Part shown: positions 58,845 through 64,000 of the stretch, in pieces
Numbering within the stretch: the first letter of the stretch is position 1
How the letters are laid out: each line of letters starts with the position of its first letter
DNA from: Candidatus Latescibacterota bacterium
GTDB lineage: Bacteria > Krumholzibacteriota > Krumholzibacteriia > WVZY01 > JAKEHA01
Reading direction: 5' to 3'
Assembly: GCA_963707635.1 (NCBI GenBank)
Contig: OY970173.1
Span: 704,001 to 768,000, forward strand
Length of the DNA: 64,000 bases
Translations under genes and position numbers: made by a program
Notes under the pieces: generated by a model
Databases searched by the model: none
The model's input: the letters and a program-made list of their open reading frames with translations, nothing else
Told to the model about the DNA's origin: nothing

Positions 58845-59846
58845 TTGAATTTTGTCGTGTATGGCGCGGGTGCGGTGGGGAGCGTGCTCGGCGGCATGCT
58901 GTCGCTGCAGCACTCCGACGTGCTCCTGGTCGCGCGCCAGCCGCTGGTCGACGCCGTGCTCGGCGAAGGCCTGCGGCTCAAATCCGCCACCGGCGAACAC
59001 CTCGCGCACCCGCGGGCCGCGGTTTCTCTCTCTCGCGCGGACGTAGGCGAGGACGCGTGCGTCCTGCTGGCGGTCAAGGCCCACGACGTTTCCGGCGCCG
59101 TCGAATCGCTGACCGCCGCCATCGCTCCCGACACGCCCGTTGTCTGCCTCCAGAATGGGGTCGCCGCCGAGGAGGTGGCCGCCCGGCGTTTCAGCCGCGT
59201 CTACGGCGGCGTGGTGCGCATGACCTGCTCGATGGTCAAGCCGGGCCATGCGTCGTTTCGCACGCTCGGCCGGGTGGTGGTAGGGCTCCACCCGAGCGGT
59301 CCCGACGCCGTGGCGCGCTCGCTTGCGAAGACCTTCGCCGAGGCCGGATTCGACGCGGTCGCCTCGCGCTCCATCGCCTCCGACAAGTGGCTCAAGATGG
59401 CGGTCAACTCCAACAGCGCATTCCACGCGGTGATCGATGCCCGCGACCACGACGCGAACGAGTTCTTCGAGCTCAACGTGGCGATCCTGGAAGAGACGCG
59501 GCGAGTCCTCAAGGCGGCGAAGCTCCGAGCCGCCTCGTGCGACGGCAAGGACCCGTCGATCGAGGAAATGATCGCCGACCTGCGCCGGCCGAAGGCGCGC
59601 CGCGTCGAGCACGGAGTCAAAGTGCACAACTCGCTCTGGCAGGATCTCTACCTCAAACGCCCGCGCATCGAGTCCGAGTTCATCCACGGCCCCCTGATCG
59701 CGCTCGGGAAGTCGCACCGGGTCGCGACCCCCTACAACCTCACCGCCCTGGACGTGGCGCGGCGCTGCCACCAGGACGGCGCCGGTCCGGAGAAGCTCCG
59801 GCTGGCGGACGTGCTGGCGGTCGTCGAGCATTACCGCACGGCATGA
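58845..59846 (+). CDS. panE: 2-dehydropantoate 2-reductase family protein
   Basis: GAGAVG, LAVKAH, LQNGV, WLKM.VN, SLWQD, E.EFIHG. Confidence 0.85.
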   Translation: MNFVVYGAGAVGSVLGGMLSLQHSDVLLVARQPLVDAVLGEGLRLKSATGEHLAHPRAAVSLSRADVGEDACVLLAVKAHDVSGAVESLTAAIAPDTPVVCLQNGVAAEEVAARRFSRVYGGVVRMTCSMVKPGHASFRTLGRVVVGLHPSGPDAVARSLAKTFAEAGFDAVASRSIASDKWLKMAVNSNSAFHAVIDARDHDANEFFELNVAILEETRRVLKAAKLRAASCDGKDPSIEEMIADLRRPKARRVEHGVKVHNSLWQDLYLKRPRIESEFIHGPLIALGKSHRVATPYNLTALDVARRCHQDGAGPEKLRLADVLAVVEHYRTA

Positions 59847-61519
59847 AGACGATCGCGTACGGCGTCTTTCTGGTTCTACTGCTGGTGGCCAGCGTGGTCC
59901 TGCTGCGCTCGATCGAGCCCGCGACCGACGAAAACTCCATGCCGCGGCGCCTGGCCACGCTGGTCGGCGAGGGCAGCACGACTCTCGACCTCGGCAAGCT
60001 GGAAGATGCGAGCGCGGAGGAGCTGTTCGCGCTCGGCGTCGACTACCTGCAGTTCTGGCGGGTGCGCGACGCGACCGTGCTGTTCGAGCACGTGGTCGCG
60101 GCCGACTCCACCCACCACGGGGCGTGGCTCAAGCTCGTCGAATGCTACGCCAACCCGCTGGTGGCGAACGAGGAGGCCGAGCGGCACGCGCTCGAGCGCG
60201 CGGCGGCGACGTCGCCCACCCCCGCCGATACCGCGGTCGTTACCGCGCTGCGCCTGCTCTACCAGGAGTGCGACTACGCCGGTGCGATCGCCGCACTCTC
60301 GGCGATCGTGCGGGGCAAGGACGCGCCGGCCGACGCGCGCTACCACCTGGCGATCGCGTATTTCCTCACCGGCCGGCTCGGCGATGCATCGAAGCAGCTC
60401 GACCCGCTGATGAAAGCCGACGCAACCGTCGGGCCGGTGGCCGAGCTGGCGATTCGGCGCGACGCGGCGGCTCGCGACTACGCCGCCGCCGGCGACGGCG
60501 CCCGCGAGCTCGCGCGCCTCTACGCCGAGGAGCCGTTCCCCTACGTGCTGCTCGCGCAGGTCGAGCTCGCCGCCGGGCGCCGTGAATCCGCGGCCGAGTT
60601 CTGCGGCAACGCGCTCTCGCTCGACCCGCGCTGCGTGCCCGCAATCATCACGCGCGCGTTTCTGTACGCGGAAGCCGGCGAGCTGGAGACGGCTCGCGTG
60701 ACCTTCGAAAAGCTCATGGTGTTCGAGGACACGATGCTCCGCTCCATCGGCCACGAGGGCATCGGGTTCGTCGACTTTCTGGGCGGGGATTTCGAGGCGG
60801 GCGCCGAGGAAATGGACGAGTCGATTCGCCACGCGATGATGGCGGGGTCGACGCGCCGCGGCTTGGCACTCGCGGTCCGGCTGGTGGAATACCTCTGCCA
60901 GCTCGGACAGGCGGACCGGGCGGAGGCGGTTGCGGAACGCTGGGTCACCGGATTCGGGGAGATCCCGATGCGCCTGGCGCGCGCGCGGATTCAGATTCTG
61001 CGCGGCGACTTCGAATCGGCCGGCGACGTGCTCGAGCACTTGCAGGCCGACAAGGACTGGTTGCTGTGGGCGCGGCGGCTCGGGATCGACCCGGTCGAGC
61101 TGGCCGCCCAGGTCGACGTGGGCCGTCAGCGATCCGTGCAGGCGATTGCCGAGCTGGGAGCGGACAGCAAGGTGGTCACACCCGTGGCCGCCGGAGCGTT
61201 CGCACGCCGCGCGTTTCTCACCGGTTTTGCCGCCTTCGAAAACGGCGACGCGGAGGCGGCGGCCAAGTCCTTCACCATCGCCCGCCAGCGGATGTACGGA
61301 CTCGAGTTTCCGGGTCACGGCGACCCGGTGTTGTACGTCCAGTCGGTGTTTTTCCTGGCGGAGTCCGATTTGGCTCGCGGGGGACACGCGGCTGCGCGTG
61401 CGAGCTACGAGGCGTTTCTCGCCTACTGGGGCGAGGCGGCGTGGGACCTGGAAGCGGTGAGTCGTGCCCGCAAAAAAATCGAAGCCCTGGGGGAGACGGC
61501 CGTCCCGCCCCAGGGCTGA
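59843..61519 (+). CDS. Tetratricopeptide repeat protein with N-terminal TM/signal
   Basis: Repeated TPR-like helical motifs; ATGA overlap with panE. Confidence 0.75.
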   Translation: MKTIAYGVFLVLLLVASVVLLRSIEPATDENSMPRRLATLVGEGSTTLDLGKLEDASAEELFALGVDYLQFWRVRDATVLFEHVVAADSTHHGAWLKLVECYANPLVANEEAERHALERAAATSPTPADTAVVTALRLLYQECDYAGAIAALSAIVRGKDAPADARYHLAIAYFLTGRLGDASKQLDPLMKADATVGPVAELAIRRDAAARDYAAAGDGARELARLYAEEPFPYVLLAQVELAAGRRESAAEFCGNALSLDPRCVPAIITRAFLYAEAGELETARVTFEKLMVFEDTMLRSIGHEGIGFVDFLGGDFEAGAEEMDESIRHAMMAGSTRRGLALAVRLVEYLCQLGQADRAEAVAERWVTGFGEIPMRLARARIQILRGDFESAGDVLEHLQADKDWLLWARRLGIDPVELAAQVDVGRQRSVQAIAELGADSKVVTPVAAGAFARRAFLTGFAAFENGDAEAAAKSFTIARQRMYGLEFPGHGDPVLYVQSVFFLAESDLARGGHAAARASYEAFLAYWGEAAWDLEAVSRARKKIEALGETAVPPQG

Positions 61520-61646
61520 TATGGCCGCGCATGGAAAACGAGCGGCGGGATGCGCTCCCTCCGCCGCCGTCCTCCCGCGCACATGTTGACATGCGCGACT
61601 GCGGATTGGCGCCCGAGGGAGCGCGTCCCACCGCTCACCCCGTCGA

Positions 61647-62909
61647 TCAGGGGAAGATCCCGCGCTCCTTGTAGGCCTCTTCGACGCGCGTGAGCGCCAG
61701 CGCCATCGCGGCGGTGCGCGCATCGCACTTGCGCTCGGTCATCTCTTCGATGACCGCCGTGCTGGCCCGCCTCATCATGCGGCCCAGTTCGTCGTCGACC
61801 GTTTCCAGATCCCAGGTCGCGCTGTTCTTGTTCTGCACCCACTCGAAATAGCTCACGGTGACGCCGCCGGAGTTGGCGAGAATGTCGGGGATGACGACGA
61901 CGCCGCGGTCGAGCAGGCGCTTCTCGGCGTCCAGCGTCGTCGGGCCGTTGGCGCCCTCGATCACGTACTTGGCCTTGATGTACCCTTCGGTCTCGACGTT
62001 GACCGTGCACTCGAGGGCGGCGGGAATGAAGACGTCCGCCTTGGTCCCGTAGAACGCCGGCAGCGAGATCTCTTTGGCGCCGGGGTAGCCCTTGACCCCG
62101 CCGGTCTTCGTGACGTGCGCCGCCAGGTCGTCGGCGTCGATCTGGCCCGCGTCGCCGATCGCACCGGTGTGGTCGCAGGCCGAGAGCAGCTTCGCTCCGC
62201 GGCTTTGCATGATCCGCGCGGCGAACGACCCCACGTTGCCGTAGCCCTGCACGAAGAAGGTCGACCCTTTGATCTCGAAGCCGAGGTGCTTGGCCCACAC
62301 GTCCAGACAGTAGACCACTCCCTGGCCGGTGGCCTTGTCGCGCCCGAGGCTGCCGCCGTTCAAGACGCTCTTGCCGGTGACCACGCGGCGCGTCGCATTG
62401 CGGTCCGACGCGTTGAACATGGTCATGTAGGTGTCCATCATCCAGACCATCTCGCGCGAGCCCGTCCCGACGTCGGGCGCGGGGATGTCGTACTCGGGTC
62501 CGATGTTGTTGCCGAGCGCGTACGTGAAGCGGCGCGTGACGCGGCGCAGCTCCGATGCCGACATCTCGCGCGGGTTGAGGGTGACCCCTCCCTTGGCCCC
62601 GCCGAAGGGGATCTGCATCAGCGCCGATTTCCACGTCATCCAGGCGGCCAGGGCCTTGACCTCGGCCAGATTCACGGACTCGTGGTAGCGGATGCCCCCC
62701 TTGTACGGCCCCATGGTGTTGTTGTGCTGGATGCGGTACCCCTTCAGCAGCCGGTAGGCCCCGTTGTCCATCATGACGGGGAAGTTCACGATGATCTCGT
62801 TCTGCGGTTCGGACAGAACCGTCCGCACCATCGGGTCCAGGTTGATCATGTCGGCGGCCTTGCTGAACTGGGCGGTCGCCATCTCGAACAGGTTCATTCG
62901 ATCGCTCAT
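61647..62909 (-). CDS. gdhA: Glu/Leu/Phe/Val dehydrogenase (glutamate dehydrogenase)
   Basis: GPYKGGIRYH, MTWK, PFGGAKGG, DIPAPD, QGYGNVG, EGANGPT, NSGGVTVSYFEW. Confidence 0.95.
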   Translation of the reverse strand: MSDRMNLFEMATAQFSKAADMINLDPMVRTVLSEPQNEIIVNFPVMMDNGAYRLLKGYRIQHNNTMGPYKGGIRYHESVNLAEVKALAAWMTWKSALMQIPFGGAKGGVTLNPREMSASELRRVTRRFTYALGNNIGPEYDIPAPDVGTGSREMVWMMDTYMTMFNASDRNATRRVVTGKSVLNGGSLGRDKATGQGVVYCLDVWAKHLGFEIKGSTFFVQGYGNVGSFAARIMQSRGAKLLSACDHTGAIGDAGQIDADDLAAHVTKTGGVKGYPGAKEISLPAFYGTKADVFIPAALECTVNVETEGYIKAKYVIEGANGPTTLDAEKRLLDRGVVVIPDILANSGGVTVSYFEWVQNKNSATWDLETVDDELGRMMRRASTAVIEEMTERKCDARTAAMALALTRVEEAYKERGIFP

Positions 62910-63516
62910 AGTGTGTTCTTGGATGCTTTCGGCGTGAGTGGTTGATGACGGTCGACCGAAGGGCACGCGGGTTGGGCGCGCGCATTCGATCGGCGGCAAA
63001 AAAACCGTGGCCGGTTACTCTAACAGAAACGAGCGCCGGCCCGCAAGCGGCGGGGACCGGCCCGGGCCCGGGGGCCGGTCCGTATCCTGTTGCCCGGGAA
63101 TGGGTTGAATGCCGGCGGTGGGGCCGCGGCGATCCCTCTGTCTATATATAGGAGCGCGGCCCGGACGCTCCGCGGCCCCGGCCGCGACCAGGCGTTGGCG
63201 CGATAGTGCCGTCGCCGTTTCGATCCGTCTCCTCATTCACCACCAGCACACGATCGATTCACTCCGCGCGCGAAGCGCTCGTGACCGAATCGTCACGTCG
63301 GATGTTCGACGCGCGCGACGCACGCGAACTCGATTGATGCGCGCAATCGTCGCGACGATGCGTGCGCGTCGACGCGCGTGCGTGTCGCGGTGTCGGCGTC
63401 GCGCGATGTCGCGCGTGATCGCATCACGCGATGCTCGGCGCACGCACATGACGCTCGTTCGGGAACCGCTATGGGTGCGAAACGGAAAAAATTCAGCTAC
63501 AACCGAAAATTTCTTG

Positions 63517-63544
63517 TTGACACCCCTGTTTGGTATGCAAAAAT
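63517..63544 (+). promoter_or_regulatory. sigma70-type promoter with AT-rich upstream region
   Basis: TTGACA-16 bp-AAAAAT with extended TG. Confidence 0.5.
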
Positions 63545-63657
63545 CCCCGCAACGGTGAAGTGGCGACCGTGCTGCGACACTCGTTGAACGTTGGTTGGTC
63601 AACCCTGAATGTGGCGACGGAAGGAAACTTCCCTCGTCGAAAAGGAAGGAAACCGTA

Positions 63658-63741
63658 ATGGCAGCTAAGAGGAAGGCGAAAGCCAAAGGCAAGGCCAAGG
63701 GCAAAGCCAAGCGCAAAGCCAAGCGCAAAGCCAAGAAGTAA
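63658..63741 (+). CDS. 27-aa Lys-rich basic peptide MAAKRKAKAKGKAKGKAKRKAKRKAKK (histone H1/protamine-like)
   Basis: AAGGAAGG RBS, clean ATG..TAA frame, downstream terminator; below the ORF-track size cutoff. Confidence 0.75.
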   Translation: MAAKRKAKAKGKAKGKAKRKAKRKAKK

Positions 63742-63780
63742 GTAACTTGGCTCGCGGCCAAGCCAGGCTGCGAATCACGG

Positions 63781-63814
63781 GAAGGGAGACGCCATGTCTC
63801 CCTTCTCTTTTTTT
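63781..63814 (+). terminator. Intrinsic terminator after the basic peptide
   Basis: GAAGGGAGAC-GCCAT-GTCTCCCTTC followed by TCTTTTTTT. Confidence 0.85.
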
Positions 63815-63951
63815 GCCCGGCGCCCGCGCGCCGGCCGCCGCGAGCGGTATTGACACCCCCGGGCGATTCTCCTATATGTTGCGCGGTCTCGAGAATCACC
63901 TCACCCATTTCCAGCCGCCGGAGCGCGGCGTTCCAGACCGAGGAGACGCGA

Positions 63952-64000
63952 ATGGACCTGGTACCCAAGGCGATGTTTCTGACCAAAGGCATGGGACGGC
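63952..64000 (+). CDS. Probable pyruvoyl-dependent arginine decarboxylase, N-terminus only (truncated by window edge)
   Basis: MDLVPKAMFLTKGMGR resembles the VP.k.F.TKG.G.H start of this family; GAGGAG RBS; TTGACA-17-TATATG at 63850-63878. Confidence 0.55.
   Translation, partial: MDLVPKAMFLTKGMGR

Noticed and set aside
63109..63558. Arg-rich 149-aa ORF over the CG-rich tract
   Set aside because: No RBS; the composition is explained by CG repeats; it overlaps a promoter

Overview
High-GC bacterial chromosomal segment of about 50 CDS. An FCB-group candidate phylum such as Ca. Krumholzibacteriota/Latescibacterota is my guess, inferred only from the FlgD-type C-terminal domain and the WGxxKxxY C-terminal motif. 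Most of the window is housekeeping: an RND pump, nadA, ispG, uvrC, trxB, folE, dcd, guaB, tilS-hpt-ftsH-folP-cdaA, ilvC, panE, gdhA and three tRNAs. Highlights: (1) a 26.7-37.2 kb cluster carrying four sigma54-type promoters. It encodes a degenerate MCP-like protein, a CheA-like pseudokinase that has lost its phosphorelay residues, a small HTH protein, an inactive plus an intact HD-GYP protein, and a long structured candidate ncRNA. (2) A bacterial histone-fold gene with a Lys-rich N-terminal tail, and a separate 27-aa Lys-alternating basic peptide with its own promoter and terminator. (3) A selenocysteine-type BCP peroxiredoxin with a SECIS-like hairpin, split by the ORF track. (4) An integrase-free island bounded by a 45-bp duplication of the 5' half of a tRNA(CAU), each copy with its own promoter. 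(5) An orphan small-RNA candidate at about 19.43-19.58 kb. All calls come from reading the sequence by eye; no database search or folding program was run.
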